A DNA stretch of 64,000 nucleotides from an uncultured Verrucomicrobiae bacterium (GTDB lineage: Bacteria; Verrucomicrobiota; Verrucomicrobiia; Opitutales; JABDGR01), in the NCBI GenBank assembly GCA_963765205.1, contig CAVXVB010000002.1:150635-214634 (forward strand). The letters run 5' to 3'. Shown in pieces: positions 42,195-52,440 of this stretch. Made by a program: the position numbers and the translations under genes. The notes below the pieces were generated by a model. That model made no database searches and had not been told where the DNA came from. It was given only the letters and a program-made list of their open reading frames with translations. Each line of letters opens with the position of its first letter. Positions within the stretch are counted from its first letter, which is position 1.

Positions 42195-43508
42195 ATGACT
42201 CTCCCCGCCGCCATCGCTTCCGCCGCGCGCCGCCCTGTGGCCGTGCTCGGTTTTGGCGTCAGCGGCCAGGCGGCGGCGGCGCTGCTGCGGCAATGCGGCT
42301 GCGGGGTCGAGGCTTACGACGAGAAACCCGTCCCCGGCGTGCGTGGTGAATTCGGCCCGACCGAGGCCAAGCGCCATGATCTTGTGATCTATAGCCCCGG
42401 CTTTCGGCAGGAGCATCCGTGGCTGGTGGCGGCGCGCGAGGCAGGCTGCCAGTGCCTCGGCGAAATGGATTTTGCGTCGTTGTTCTGGCAGGGCCGGCTC
42501 ATCGCCGTTACCGGCACCAACGGCAAAACGACGCTGACCGAATTTCTTGCGACCGCCCTGCGCCGCCAGGGTCTGTCCGCCGTGCCCGCCGGCAACATCG
42601 GTCATCCTCTGTCGCGGCTCGACGATCTGGACGCGACCCAGGACCGCGTCGCGGTGTGCGAAGTCAGCTCGTTCCAGGCCGAAGGTTTGCAATACCTGCG
42701 TCCGCACGCGGTGTTGTGGACAAATTTTGACGAGGACCATCTCGACCGCTATGTGGATTTGCGGGCCTACTTCGAGGCGAAATGGAATTTAGTTGAGCGG
42801 CTGGCGCAGCCGCGCCTGATTATTGGCGAGAGCGTGGCGCGGATGGTGGAGAAATTTGGGCATAAGCTGCCGGGCCACGCGGTGGTGGTAACCCGCGCAG
42901 GTGCCATGCATCTGGTCCCGTCCGGCTCGGTGTTCGACAGCTACCCACAGAGTGAAAATTACCTTGTCGCGCTGGCGTATTGGGAATTGGAGGGCTACCC
43001 GATCAAAGTTTTGGAGGAGACGGCGCAATCGTTTTCCACGCGCCGGCACCGGCTCGCGCGCGTTGCGGAGTGGGAAGGCGTGGCGTATTGGAACGACTCG
43101 AAGGGCACGAATTTTCACGCCACGCTCGCGGCGCTCGAGACTTTTCCCCATTCGGTGGTGTGGATCGGAGGCGGCAAGTCCAAGGGGGGCGACATCGAGG
43201 GTTTTGCCGAGCGGGCGGCGGCGCGCGTGCGCGAGGCGTTCCTCATCGGCGAGACGGCGGGGGTGCTGGCGGCGGGGCTGCACCAACGCGGCGTGGCCGC
43301 GGCGCAATGCGAGAACCTGCGCGAGGCTGTGCGGAAAGCCCACGAAGCCGGCCGGCAAAGCACCCCGGCGCAGGTGTTGTTCAGCCCGGGCTTTTCCAGT
43401 TTCGACATGTTCCACGACTATGCCGAGCGCGGCCTCGCCTTCGAGCAGGCGGTTTTGGGTTTGAAGGCCGCGCGGCCCGGCGTTATACCGGAAGCGGCCC
43501 CGGCCTGA
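42195..43508 (+). CDS. murD: UDP-MurNAc-L-Ala:D-Glu ligase
   Basis: TGTNGKTT, GNIG, EVSSFQ, DHLDRY, NDSKGTN, SPGFSSFD. Confidence 0.96.
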   Translation: MTLPAAIASAARRPVAVLGFGVSGQAAAALLRQCGCGVEAYDEKPVPGVRGEFGPTEAKRHDLVIYSPGFRQEHPWLVAAREAGCQCLGEMDFASLFWQGRLIAVTGTNGKTTLTEFLATALRRQGLSAVPAGNIGHPLSRLDDLDATQDRVAVCEVSSFQAEGLQYLRPHAVLWTNFDEDHLDRYVDLRAYFEAKWNLVERLAQPRLIIGESVARMVEKFGHKLPGHAVVVTRAGAMHLVPSGSVFDSYPQSENYLVALAYWELEGYPIKVLEETAQSFSTRRHRLARVAEWEGVAYWNDSKGTNFHATLAALETFPHSVVWIGGGKSKGGDIEGFAERAAARVREAFLIGETAGVLAAGLHQRGVAAAQCENLREAVRKAHEAGRQSTPAQVLFSPGFSSFDMFHDYAERGLAFEQAVLGLKAARPGVIPEAAPA

Positions 43509-43574
43509 CTCCGGGGCCACGCACCCACCACCACCCACCTATCCAATAATTGTTTTAAATCCTAGGAAATAATT

Positions 43575-44621
43575 ATGAATACGCAACACAAGAAGCTCCT
43601 GGCCCTCGCCGCGGTCGTGGCGCTGCACGTCGGCGTCATCGCGCTCATGCTCGCGCAGCATGGCTGCAAGTCCGGCGCGCAAAACAGCAGCGCGCCCGCG
43701 CCCGTCACGCCGGCCCCGGCCGCGGCGCCGGCGCCCAGCCCCGTCGCGACCGGTGACACCGGATTTTATCCACCGACCCAGCCGGCGCCTGAACCCGCGC
43801 CCGCCCCGCTCCCCGCCCCCTTGCCGGTGGCCCAGTTCACCGAGCCGCTCGCCAATATCACGGCCACCCCGGCCCCTGCGCCGGCACCCGCGCCCACTGT
43901 CACTTGGAAAGTGGCCAGCGGAGACACACTAACTTCCATCGCCCGCAGAAATAGCGTCACTGTGGACGAGTTGGTTGCGGCCAATGCGCCGAAAGTAACC
44001 AAGGCATCTCTCTTGACTCCAGGTCAGGTGCTGACCGTGCCGACCCACACCATCGCACCCGCGACCACCGCCCCGGTGGCCGCCACCGATGCCGATGCGC
44101 GCACTTATAAAGTGGTTGCGGGAGACTCGCTTTCCAAGATCGCCAGCCGCAACGGTACCACGGTCAAGGCGTTGAAAGATCTCAATGGATTGACTTCAGA
44201 CTCCATCCGCGAGGGTGCCGTGTTGAAGCTGCCTGCTGCTGCATCTGGCGCGGCCGCCAGCCCGAGCTCGGCGAGCTCTCCTGTTTCTGCCTCTACCGAT
44301 GCCGGCGGAGGGACTTATGTCGTCCAGAGCGGCGATACCCTGGGTAAAATCGCCGTGAAAGTAGGCGCCAAAACTGCGGAGTTGATGACGCTCAATGGCT
44401 TCACGGACGCGACGGCACGGAACCTCCGACCCGGGCAAACCTTGAAGTTGCCCGCCTCCGCGCACGCGCCTGACGCCGCCTCCACCACGGTCGCGCCGGT
44501 GACACCCGCGACCGTCACGCCGACGACCATCATCACGCCTTCCACCTCGCCAGTGCCGGTGACCGCGTTCCCGGCCCCGTCAGGCGCGACCTCGCCACCC
44601 GTCACCCCCATCAATCCTTGA
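43575..44621 (+). CDS. Membrane-anchored protein with three LysM domains
   Basis: Hydrophobic N-terminus ending QHGC; LysM starts WKVASGDTL, YKVVAGDSL, YVVQSGDTL; Pro/Ala/Thr linkers. Confidence 0.92.
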   Translation: MNTQHKKLLALAAVVALHVGVIALMLAQHGCKSGAQNSSAPAPVTPAPAAAPAPSPVATGDTGFYPPTQPAPEPAPAPLPAPLPVAQFTEPLANITATPAPAPAPAPTVTWKVASGDTLTSIARRNSVTVDELVAANAPKVTKASLLTPGQVLTVPTHTIAPATTAPVAATDADARTYKVVAGDSLSKIASRNGTTVKALKDLNGLTSDSIREGAVLKLPAAASGAAASPSSASSPVSASTDAGGGTYVVQSGDTLGKIAVKVGAKTAELMTLNGFTDATARNLRPGQTLKLPASAHAPDAASTTVAPVTPATVTPTTIITPSTSPVPVTAFPAPSGATSPPVTPINP

Positions 44622-44643
44622 ACCGCACCCTTCTTCTTCAACC

Positions 44644-45807
44644 ATGAGTGCTCCTGCCATGTCCCTTCCCCGTCCACGCATCCGCTGGCCCAGCGCGGGT
44701 GCAATCATCTTCGCTTGCGCGCTCGCCTTGACGCTGCTTGGGCTGGTGGTACTCAGCAGTGCGGGCCAGGAGGCGAGCAAGGAGGCCCTCACCGACCCTC
44801 TGTTTTATTTCAAACGGCAAGTCTTGTGGTGCGGAATGGCGATGATCCCGCTGGTGCTGATGGCGTGGACTCCGCTCGAATACCTGCGGCGCTACAGTTG
44901 GATTATTGGCTTGGCGGCGGTACTCGTGCTTCTGGCGGTGCTCAGTTCACATGTGGGTGTCGTCCACAAAGGCGCGCGGCGCTGGCTGGAATTCCACGGC
45001 CTGCGCCTGCAACCCTCCGACTTTGGCAAGCTGGCGCTGGTGATTTGCCTGGCGAGCTATCTGGCGGCCAACCAGCGCCACATTGCGAGTTTTTGGCGAG
45101 GGTTTGTGCTCCCCATGGGTATCGTGGGCGTATTCTGTGCGCTCATCATCCGCGAGCCGGACTTCGGCACAACAGCGCTCTGCGGGCTGGTGGGTTTTGT
45201 GCTGTTGTATCTGGCCGGTGCGCGGCTGCGGTTCTTGATTCCCTCGCTGCTGGCCAGCGGGGTGCTCTTTTCTGCGATGGTGTATTTTGACCCGGTGCGC
45301 TTCAAGCGTATCTTGTCCTTCATGCACATGGATGACCCGGCCACGCAGGCGGACGGAGCGTATCAACTCTATCAAGGCATCGTCGGGTTTGGTTCGGGCG
45401 GGCTAACAGGCGTTGGGCTGGGACAGGGCCGTCAGCAACTCGCGTTTTTACCCGAGGCGCATACGGACTTTGTGCTCGCTGTCGTGGGTGAGGAACTGGG
45501 CCTGGTGGCGACGATGGGCGTAGCCCTGGTTTTTCTGGTTATTTTCCTCGTGAGCCTGCGGGCGCTGCGGCGCGCGCCAAATCTTTACGAATTTACCCTG
45601 GCCGGTGGCGCACTATTGTTGCTTACGGGCCAGGCGCTCATCAACATGGGCGTGGTCACGGGTCTGCTGCCGACGAAGGGCATGTCGCTGCCATTCCTCA
45701 GCTACGGCGGCACGAACCTCATGCTGATGTTTGCGCTGGTGGGCCTGTTGATGAACTGCTTCCGGCGATGGGAGCGCCCGGTTTTACCCCGGGCGAGTGA
45801 ACTATGA
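44644..45807 (+). CDS. ftsW: SEDS peptidoglycan polymerase FtsW
   Basis: GARRW, QPSDFGK, EPDFG, LPEAHTDF, LPFLSYGG. Confidence 0.95.
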   Translation: MSAPAMSLPRPRIRWPSAGAIIFACALALTLLGLVVLSSAGQEASKEALTDPLFYFKRQVLWCGMAMIPLVLMAWTPLEYLRRYSWIIGLAAVLVLLAVLSSHVGVVHKGARRWLEFHGLRLQPSDFGKLALVICLASYLAANQRHIASFWRGFVLPMGIVGVFCALIIREPDFGTTALCGLVGFVLLYLAGARLRFLIPSLLASGVLFSAMVYFDPVRFKRILSFMHMDDPATQADGAYQLYQGIVGFGSGGLTGVGLGQGRQQLAFLPEAHTDFVLAVVGEELGLVATMGVALVFLVIFLVSLRALRRAPNLYEFTLAGGALLLLTGQALINMGVVTGLLPTKGMSLPFLSYGGTNLMLMFALVGLLMNCFRRWERPVLPRASEL

Positions 45808-46931
45808 GTACCTTTGCGATTTCCTGCGGCGGTACTGGCGGCCATTTGTCGCCGGGCATCGCGCTGGCCGAACGGCTGGCCGCGCAAGGCCACCGCCTGA
45901 CTCTACTGATCAGCAAGAAGGAGGTGGATTCGCGCCTCATTCGCAAATACCCGCAGATGGAAACCGTCACCGCACCCGGTGCGGGGTTTGGAATGGCGCC
46001 GGCGACGCTGGCGAAATTCGCGGTGTCGCAAACGGCCAGTTTTTTGTTCGCGCTGAATTTTTTGCGGCAAAACCGGCCGGATGTGATTGTGGGCTTCGGC
46101 GGATTTATGACAGCGGGCATCACGCTGGCCGGCTATTTTCGCGGCATCCCGGTCGTGCTGCATGAGTCAAATCGCAAGCCCGGGCGGTCGGTGCGGCTAC
46201 TGAGCGGTTTTGCCCGGCGCATCTATCTGCCGCCCGGCGTCCAGTTGCGTGGCCTGCCGCCGCAAACGCTAAGACATTGCGGCTTCCCGGTGCGGCAGGA
46301 AATCCGCGCGTTGCCGCGCGAGGTTGCGCGCCTCCGCCTGGCGCTGCCCTTGGACGGCAAGGTGCTGCTGGTCTTGGGCGGCAGCCAGGGCGCCCGGACG
46401 CTCAATAATTGGCTGTCGAATAATTTCGGGAAATTGGCTGCGCGCGGCATCAGCGTCGTGTGCGTGACGGGGCCGGGCAAAGGCAGCGAGGGCCAGATCG
46501 AATGTGCCGACCCGCAGGGCAAACGCCGTGTGGCGCGCCTGCTGCCCTTTTGCGACGACATGGCGGCGCTGCTCTCGTGCGCCGACCTCGCCGTCTCGCG
46601 CGCGGGGGCGGGGAGTCTGGCGGAATTCATCCGTTGCCGCCTGCCGGCCATCCTGGTGCCCTATCCCTACGCCGCGGACAACCACCAATGGGAGAACGCC
46701 CGTTACTTCGAGCGCCAGGGCGGCGGCCTCGCCATGGATCAGGCCGAAATGGAACGCCTGGCTGACGAGGTGCTCGAACTCATTTTCAACGATTTTCTGC
46801 TGGAATCCTTCCGCCGCAACCTCGAACGCATGGAGCATTCCAATTCGCTCGACGTATTGCTGCATGACCTCCAGGACCTGGCCGCCCAAAGCCGCCAATT
46901 CGCCGCCGAGGAAATGCCCGCCACGGTCTGA
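45804..46931 (+). CDS. murG: Lipid II GlcNAc transferase
   Basis: GGTGGH, GFGG, HESN, GGSQGA, SRAGA, HQWENA. Confidence 0.96.
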   Translation: MSTFAISCGGTGGHLSPGIALAERLAAQGHRLTLLISKKEVDSRLIRKYPQMETVTAPGAGFGMAPATLAKFAVSQTASFLFALNFLRQNRPDVIVGFGGFMTAGITLAGYFRGIPVVLHESNRKPGRSVRLLSGFARRIYLPPGVQLRGLPPQTLRHCGFPVRQEIRALPREVARLRLALPLDGKVLLVLGGSQGARTLNNWLSNNFGKLAARGISVVCVTGPGKGSEGQIECADPQGKRRVARLLPFCDDMAALLSCADLAVSRAGAGSLAEFIRCRLPAILVPYPYAADNHQWENARYFERQGGGLAMDQAEMERLADEVLELIFNDFLLESFRRNLERMEHSNSLDVLLHDLQDLAAQSRQFAAEEMPATV

Positions 46932-46963
46932 TTCCACCCACCTTGGCCTCCATCCATGCGACC

Positions 46964-49291
46964 ATGAGCGACTCCCGCGAAAGCGTTTTCTTCCTCGGCC
47001 TCGGCGGCATGGGCATGGCGCCCCTGGCCCTCTATCTCGACGAGGCGGGCTGCCGTGTGCGTGGCTGCGACGACCATTGGCGCGAACCGGTCCGCCGCCT
47101 GCTCGAGCAACGTGGCATCGCCGCCATTGCGTGCGAGGAATTGCCTTCGGATATTTCGCGGGTGGTTTATTCCAGCGCCATCGCAACCGGGCATCCGCTC
47201 TTGTGTGCGGCACGTATCCGCGGCCTGGGTATCTTGCGCCGTGGTGAAATGCTGGCCGAAATGGTGCGCGGACGCCGGCTCATTGCCGTGGTTGGCAGCC
47301 ACGGGAAGACGACCACCACCGCGCTGCTCATCCACGCCCTGCGGGCCGCCGGCCACGATTTCGGCTACCTGCTTGGCGCGCTCTTCGCCGACCCCGCCAC
47401 GCCGCCCGCCCGCCACGCCACCGCGCCCTGGGTCGCCGCCGAAGTGGATGAAAGCGACGGCACCATTGACCATTTTGCGCCCGAAATCACCGTGGCGGTG
47501 AATTTCGATTGGGATCATGCCGACCGCTACCGCACCGAGGCCGAACTTGAGGCGACTTTCATCAATCTTTTTCGCCGCACGCGCCAACTCGTGCTTTTGC
47601 CGCAATGGGATGCACGTCTGCGCCGCTTGGCCGAAACGGCCGGCACGCCCTTCCGCACGTTCGGGCCGGAAGGGGATTTTTCTGTCCGAGCCAGTGGTGA
47701 CGATGGCGCGCGCCAGCGCCTGGCCTTGAATGGCGCCTTTGTGAAGTCAGTGGTCGAGGTTCCGCTAGGTGGTGAGTTCAACGCCGCAAACGCCGCCGCC
47801 GCCCTCGCCGCCGCGCACACGGCGTTTGGAAGCATTGCGGAGGAGCCGTTTGGCGGCTATCGCGGCGTGTCCCGCCGCCAGGACGTGCTGTTGCGCCGCC
47901 CAGGGTTGTCCGTTTACGCCGATTACGCGCACCATCCGACGGAAATTGCCGCACTGCTGCGCAATCTGCGCGCGCATTCGCCGGGCCGCCTGCTGGTCGT
48001 GTTTCAGCCGCACCGCTATACGCGCACGAAACAATTCGCGGCGGATTTCGCCGCGGCGCTGGGCGCGGGCGACCACGTGTTCCTCCTGCCGGTTTACGCC
48101 GCCAGCGAGCCGCCGCTGCCGGAAGGCGACTCCGCCGCCATCCTCGCCGCCGCACCGACCGGCGAGAATAAATTTTCCCTGCACGATTCTTTCAACGATT
48201 TGGAACGCACCCTTCGGGCTGCGCTTGCGAAACATTCTGAAGAGATCACGCTGGCCTTGGTGGGCGCGGGGGACATTGACGAGTTCGCCACGGCATTCGT
48301 CCGCCGATTGGAAGATAAATCCTCTCCGCCGCCCGCTTCCGTGATTAATCAAAAGAGCACCCTCGATTGGTTTGACACACTATGTGCGCGCCTAAGTCCA
48401 GACACTCTGGCGCAGCGCGATGAGCCGCTCGCCGACAAAACCACGCTTGGGGTGGGTGGCCCGGCCCATTATTATGCCGAGCCGGCCACGATCGAAGACC
48501 TCGCGCAGTTGCTTCGTGCCGCCCGGGCCGCAGGCGTGCAGGTGTTTTGCCTGGGGCGTGGCTCAAATTTAATTGTCACTGACACCGGTTATCCCGGTCT
48601 GGTGCTGCGGCTGAATCATGCGGAATGGAAGAAACTTCGTTTGGAAAGCCCGGATCGGATTTTCGCGGGCGCCGGCGTGCGGCTCAAGGAATTATGCGGC
48701 TTTGCGGCGCGGCATGGCCTCGCGGGGTTGGAATTTCTCGAAGGCATTCCCGGTTCGGTCGGCGGGGCGCTGCGGATGAACGCCGGCGCGATGGGGGGGT
48801 GGATTTTTGACCTCATTGCCGAGGTGGAATATGTCACTGCGGCCGGTGAAACACGGCGGGCTCCGCGCCATGAATTTCACCCTGGCTACCGCCAATGCCC
48901 CGAATTGCTCGACGCGGTCGCCATTGGCGCGGTGTTTCACGCGCCTGGGGGTGGCCCGCCGGAGGAGATCCGCCGCCGGATGGAGACTTTTGCGCTCAAG
49001 CGCAAAGCCACCCAGCCGCGGGAGCGCAGCGCGGGCTGCCTGTTCAAAAATCCTCCCGGCGGCCACGCGGGCAAGCTGATTGACGAAATGGGCCTCAAGG
49101 GCCGGCGCGTCGGCGCCATCGAAGTCTCGATCGTTCACGCGAATTTCATTATCAATCATGGCGGCGGCACGGCGGCGGAAGCATTGGCGCTGGCGCGCCA
49201 GGTTCGGGGCGAAGTGTTTGCGCGCAGTGGCATCAAGCTCGAACCCGAGGTGCTGCTACTCGGGGCCAATTGGGAGGAAGTGCTGCAATGA
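46964..49291 (+). CDS. murC/murB: MurC-MurB fusion protein
   Basis: N-part GLGGMGM, GSHGKTTT, EVDESDG, DYAHHPTE, FQPHRY; C-part GRGSN, GIPGSVGG, MNAG, SAGCLFKNP, HANF; one uninterrupted ORF. Confidence 0.95.
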   Translation: MSDSRESVFFLGLGGMGMAPLALYLDEAGCRVRGCDDHWREPVRRLLEQRGIAAIACEELPSDISRVVYSSAIATGHPLLCAARIRGLGILRRGEMLAEMVRGRRLIAVVGSHGKTTTTALLIHALRAAGHDFGYLLGALFADPATPPARHATAPWVAAEVDESDGTIDHFAPEITVAVNFDWDHADRYRTEAELEATFINLFRRTRQLVLLPQWDARLRRLAETAGTPFRTFGPEGDFSVRASGDDGARQRLALNGAFVKSVVEVPLGGEFNAANAAAALAAAHTAFGSIAEEPFGGYRGVSRRQDVLLRRPGLSVYADYAHHPTEIAALLRNLRAHSPGRLLVVFQPHRYTRTKQFAADFAAALGAGDHVFLLPVYAASEPPLPEGDSAAILAAAPTGENKFSLHDSFNDLERTLRAALAKHSEEITLALVGAGDIDEFATAFVRRLEDKSSPPPASVINQKSTLDWFDTLCARLSPDTLAQRDEPLADKTTLGVGGPAHYYAEPATIEDLAQLLRAARAAGVQVFCLGRGSNLIVTDTGYPGLVLRLNHAEWKKLRLESPDRIFAGAGVRLKELCGFAARHGLAGLEFLEGIPGSVGGALRMNAGAMGGWIFDLIAEVEYVTAAGETRRAPRHEFHPGYRQCPELLDAVAIGAVFHAPGGGPPEEIRRRMETFALKRKATQPRERSAGCLFKNPPGGHAGKLIDEMGLKGRRVGAIEVSIVHANFIINHGGGTAAEALALARQVRGEVFARSGIKLEPEVLLLGANWEEVLQ

Positions 49292-50232
49292 ATCCTCCTG
49301 ACCAGACGACGGTGGCCGTGCTCGGCGGCAGCAATTCCGCCGAACGTGCGGTTTCGCTCGTCACGGCGCAGGCCATCGCTGGCGCGCTGAAAGAGGAGGG
49401 TTTTGCCGTGGAATTTTTTGATCTGCCCGGCTGTGTGTTGCCGGACGCGTTGGATCCGGCGCGACACGTCGTTTTTCCCGCGCTGCATGGCGGCTGGGGT
49501 GAAAACGGCGGTGTGCAAGCCGCGCTCGAATCACACGGCTTCGCTTACGCGGGCTGCGGGCCTTATGCCAGCCGCTTGTGCATGGACAAGGTGGAGGCCA
49601 AGCGCGTCCTCGCCGCCGCCGGGCTGCCAGTGTTGCCGCACGTTATCTTCACGGGGGAGCGACCATCCGCCGCCTCGTCGCTTATGACCAAATTGGGTCC
49701 GGACATTATCATCAAGCCCATCGCTGAAGGCAGCAGTGTCGGCTTGCGCCGCGCGGCTAATCGCCGCGAGCTGGAGGCGGCGCTCGAGGGGTTAAGCCCC
49801 GGCCGGTGGATGGCGGAGCCGTGGGTGCGCGGGCGCGAAGTGTCCGTCGGCGTGCTGGCGGGCCGGGCGCTGGGGTTGGTGGAAATCCGGCCCAAGGACG
49901 GCGCATCCTACGATTTCGAGCACAAATACACCGCCGGAATGACGGAATACTTTTTCCCCGCGCCGCTGGATGCCGCGCTTGCGGAACAAATCCAGTTGGC
50001 TGCGGCCGGTGCATTTGCGGCGTGCGGCTGCCGGGATTTTGCGCGCGTGGACTTCATGTTGCCGCCGGAAGGCGGCTGCGTGATTTTGGAAATCAACACC
50101 ATGCCCGGCTGCACGCCCACCAGTTTGCTGCCCAAGAGCGCCTCGTGCTGTGGCTATACTTTCCCGATACTTATCCGGGCCATGCTTGACCCCGCCTTGG
50201 GCCGTTTTGCCGCCGTGGCGGCCGCACTATGA
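49288..50232 (+). CDS. ddl: D-alanine--D-alanine ligase
   Basis: GGSNSAERAVS, LHGGWGENG, MDK, EGSSVG, YDFEHKY, EINTMPG. Confidence 0.96.
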   Translation: MNPPDQTTVAVLGGSNSAERAVSLVTAQAIAGALKEEGFAVEFFDLPGCVLPDALDPARHVVFPALHGGWGENGGVQAALESHGFAYAGCGPYASRLCMDKVEAKRVLAAAGLPVLPHVIFTGERPSAASSLMTKLGPDIIIKPIAEGSSVGLRRAANRRELEAALEGLSPGRWMAEPWVRGREVSVGVLAGRALGLVEIRPKDGASYDFEHKYTAGMTEYFFPAPLDAALAEQIQLAAAGAFAACGCRDFARVDFMLPPEGGCVILEINTMPGCTPTSLLPKSASCCGYTFPILIRAMLDPALGRFAAVAAAL

Positions 50233-51173
50233 AAAAATCCCTCACTGCTGCGGAAGGCTTGCGCACCTGGCAGGACATCGGCCAGCATGCCACCCACCGC
50301 GCTCTCTCGCCTGTGGCGCGGCGCAACCGCCTCATCCACTGGATCGGCTCCGGCCTGATGTTTGCGTTCGCCACGTTGATGTTATTACTCGGCGCCTGGG
50401 CCTTGCGTGGCTCGACGGCCGTGCCCGCGCGCACCCGTGCCAGCCAGCCTTTCGCCGCGCTCGGCCAATTCGAGTTTAAGACAGACGGGGTGCTGACCCA
50501 GGATTGGGCGATGAATTTCCTCCACTTGCAGCCGGGTGATTCATTGGAGAAGGTGGACGTGTTTGCACTGCGCGCGCGTTTGCTGTCGTTGCTCCAAGTG
50601 CGCGATGCAACGGTCGAGCGCGTGTTGCCGGGCACCTTGCGCGTCAGTGTTGTGGAGCGCAAACCCTGGCTGCGGGTGGCCACCGATGACGGACAGGGCG
50701 GCTACAAGCTTTACCTCGTGGCGCGCGACGGCACCGTGTTCGCCGGCCAGGACTTTCCCGAGCAAATCCTCAACCAACTGCCCTGGATGTCCGGACTGGC
50801 CTTGCACCGGGCGAAGGACGGCGGCTTCCAGCCGGTGCCGGGCATGGACGAGGTTTCCGATTTGCTCTTTGCCGCGCGTGCGCACGTGCCCACAATCGCC
50901 GCGCAATGGACCGTCGTGGATTTGAGCCAGTTCGATCCGCGCCCGACGACGCCGCTCCATGGATCGGTCATTAAAATCCAATCGGGCAATTTGGGCACCC
51001 TGACTTTTGCCCCTGCCGATTTTGAAACGCAAATCCACCGGCTGAGTTTCGTGGCTGATCAACTCGCAGCGAAGCCGATGCTTTTGCACGGTCTTGACTT
51101 CTCTCTGTCCAACCAGGTGATTGTACAACCCGTTGTGCCCCCGCCGCCGCTGGCTGCCAGCAGTCTGCATTAA
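50229..51173 (+). CDS. ftsQ: Cell division protein FtsQ/DivIB
   Basis: One TM, POTRA-like VERVLPGTLRVSVVERKP; lies between ddl and ftsA. Confidence 0.85.
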   Translation: MKKSLTAAEGLRTWQDIGQHATHRALSPVARRNRLIHWIGSGLMFAFATLMLLLGAWALRGSTAVPARTRASQPFAALGQFEFKTDGVLTQDWAMNFLHLQPGDSLEKVDVFALRARLLSLLQVRDATVERVLPGTLRVSVVERKPWLRVATDDGQGGYKLYLVARDGTVFAGQDFPEQILNQLPWMSGLALHRAKDGGFQPVPGMDEVSDLLFAARAHVPTIAAQWTVVDLSQFDPRPTTPLHGSVIKIQSGNLGTLTFAPADFETQIHRLSFVADQLAAKPMLLHGLDFSLSNQVIVQPVVPPPPLAASSLH

Positions 51174-51194
51174 ATCCCTTTGTTTTTCTTCCCG

Positions 51195-52412
51195 ATGAGC
51201 AAATCCCAAATCGTTGCCGCGCTCGACATCGGCACCTCCAAGGCCGTGGTGCTGGTGGGCGAAATTTTTCGCGGCGACCGGCTGAACATCCTCGGCGTGG
51301 GGCAGGCATCATCGCTCGGCGTGCGCAAGGGGGACATCCTGGATTTCATGGCCGCGTGCAATTGCGCGCACGCCGCATTGCTGGGGGCCGAGCAAAATGC
51401 TCGCGCGCAGGCCGAGGTGGCGTTCCTCGCGCAATCCGGCGCGCACCTCGATGGTTTCGCGCAGCATGCCGAAGTGGCCGTCAGCGCGGCGGACAACCGG
51501 GTGCGCCCGATTGACGTGCAGCGGTTGCTGGCCGAGGCGCGCAAGAAGGAGCTGCCTCCCGGCCGCCTTGCCATCCACCACATCCGCAATTCCTTCAAGC
51601 TCGACGGCCGCCCGGTCGGCGATCCCATCGGTCAGTTGGGCGAAAAACTGGAACTGGGTTTTTGGACGGTTACGGGTGACGAATCGCACCTCAGCAACGC
51701 CATCCATCTGGTCAACGGCTACAACGGCCTCGAAGTGAAGGACATCATCGTATCGAGCGTTGCCGCGGCCAACGTCGTCACGCCCGAGATGGATAAAAAA
51801 ATCGGCGCCCTCGTGCTCGACATTGGCGCGGGCATCACCGATTACGCGCTCTACCGTGACGGCCACATTGTCAAAACCGGCGTCATCCCCATCGGCGGCG
51901 ACCATTTGACCAACGACCTGAGCCTCGGCCTGCGCATCAGCCGCAAACACGCGGAACGAGTGAAGTTGAGTTTCGGCCAAGCCGAGGTGGACGCGCAGGC
52001 CCGCGCGGAAAAAGTCTGGATGGTCGGCGACAAGAGCGTGGGCGACCGCTATATCCCGCGCCTGGCCATCTGCCAGATTCTCGAAGCGCGCGTCGAAGAA
52101 CTTTTTTCCATCGTCAAAAAACACCTTGGCTCGCTCTTGACGCCGGAGGATGTGGCCGGGGGCGTGATCCTCACTGGCGGCACCTCGCGCCTGCCCGCCA
52201 TCGAGCGCGTGGCCGAGCGCGTTCTCGGACTGCCCACCCGCCGCCCCGCCGAGCCCGCGTGGCTGACGGAGTCGCTGCGCGGCCCGGAATACAGCGTGGC
52301 CGTGGGCCTGCTGCTCTTTGCGCTCAACGCGCCCCAACGCGAAAACCCTAAATCAGCCGCGCACGGTGGCGACGGGCTGATGAGTCAGATGGCGCGCTGG
52401 TTCGGCACCTGA
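51195..52412 (+). CDS. ftsA: Cell division protein FtsA
   Basis: LDIGTSK, DIGAGITD, GGDHLTNDL, LTGGTS; C-terminal amphipathic helix. Confidence 0.95.
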   Translation: MSKSQIVAALDIGTSKAVVLVGEIFRGDRLNILGVGQASSLGVRKGDILDFMAACNCAHAALLGAEQNARAQAEVAFLAQSGAHLDGFAQHAEVAVSAADNRVRPIDVQRLLAEARKKELPPGRLAIHHIRNSFKLDGRPVGDPIGQLGEKLELGFWTVTGDESHLSNAIHLVNGYNGLEVKDIIVSSVAAANVVTPEMDKKIGALVLDIGAGITDYALYRDGHIVKTGVIPIGGDHLTNDLSLGLRISRKHAERVKLSFGQAEVDAQARAEKVWMVGDKSVGDRYIPRLAICQILEARVEELFSIVKKHLGSLLTPEDVAGGVILTGGTSRLPAIERVAERVLGLPTRRPAEPAWLTESLRGPEYSVAVGLLLFALNAPQRENPKSAAHGGDGLMSQMARWFGT

Positions 52413-52440
52413 TTATTTTCCTCCGCAACCTCCCTCCTCT

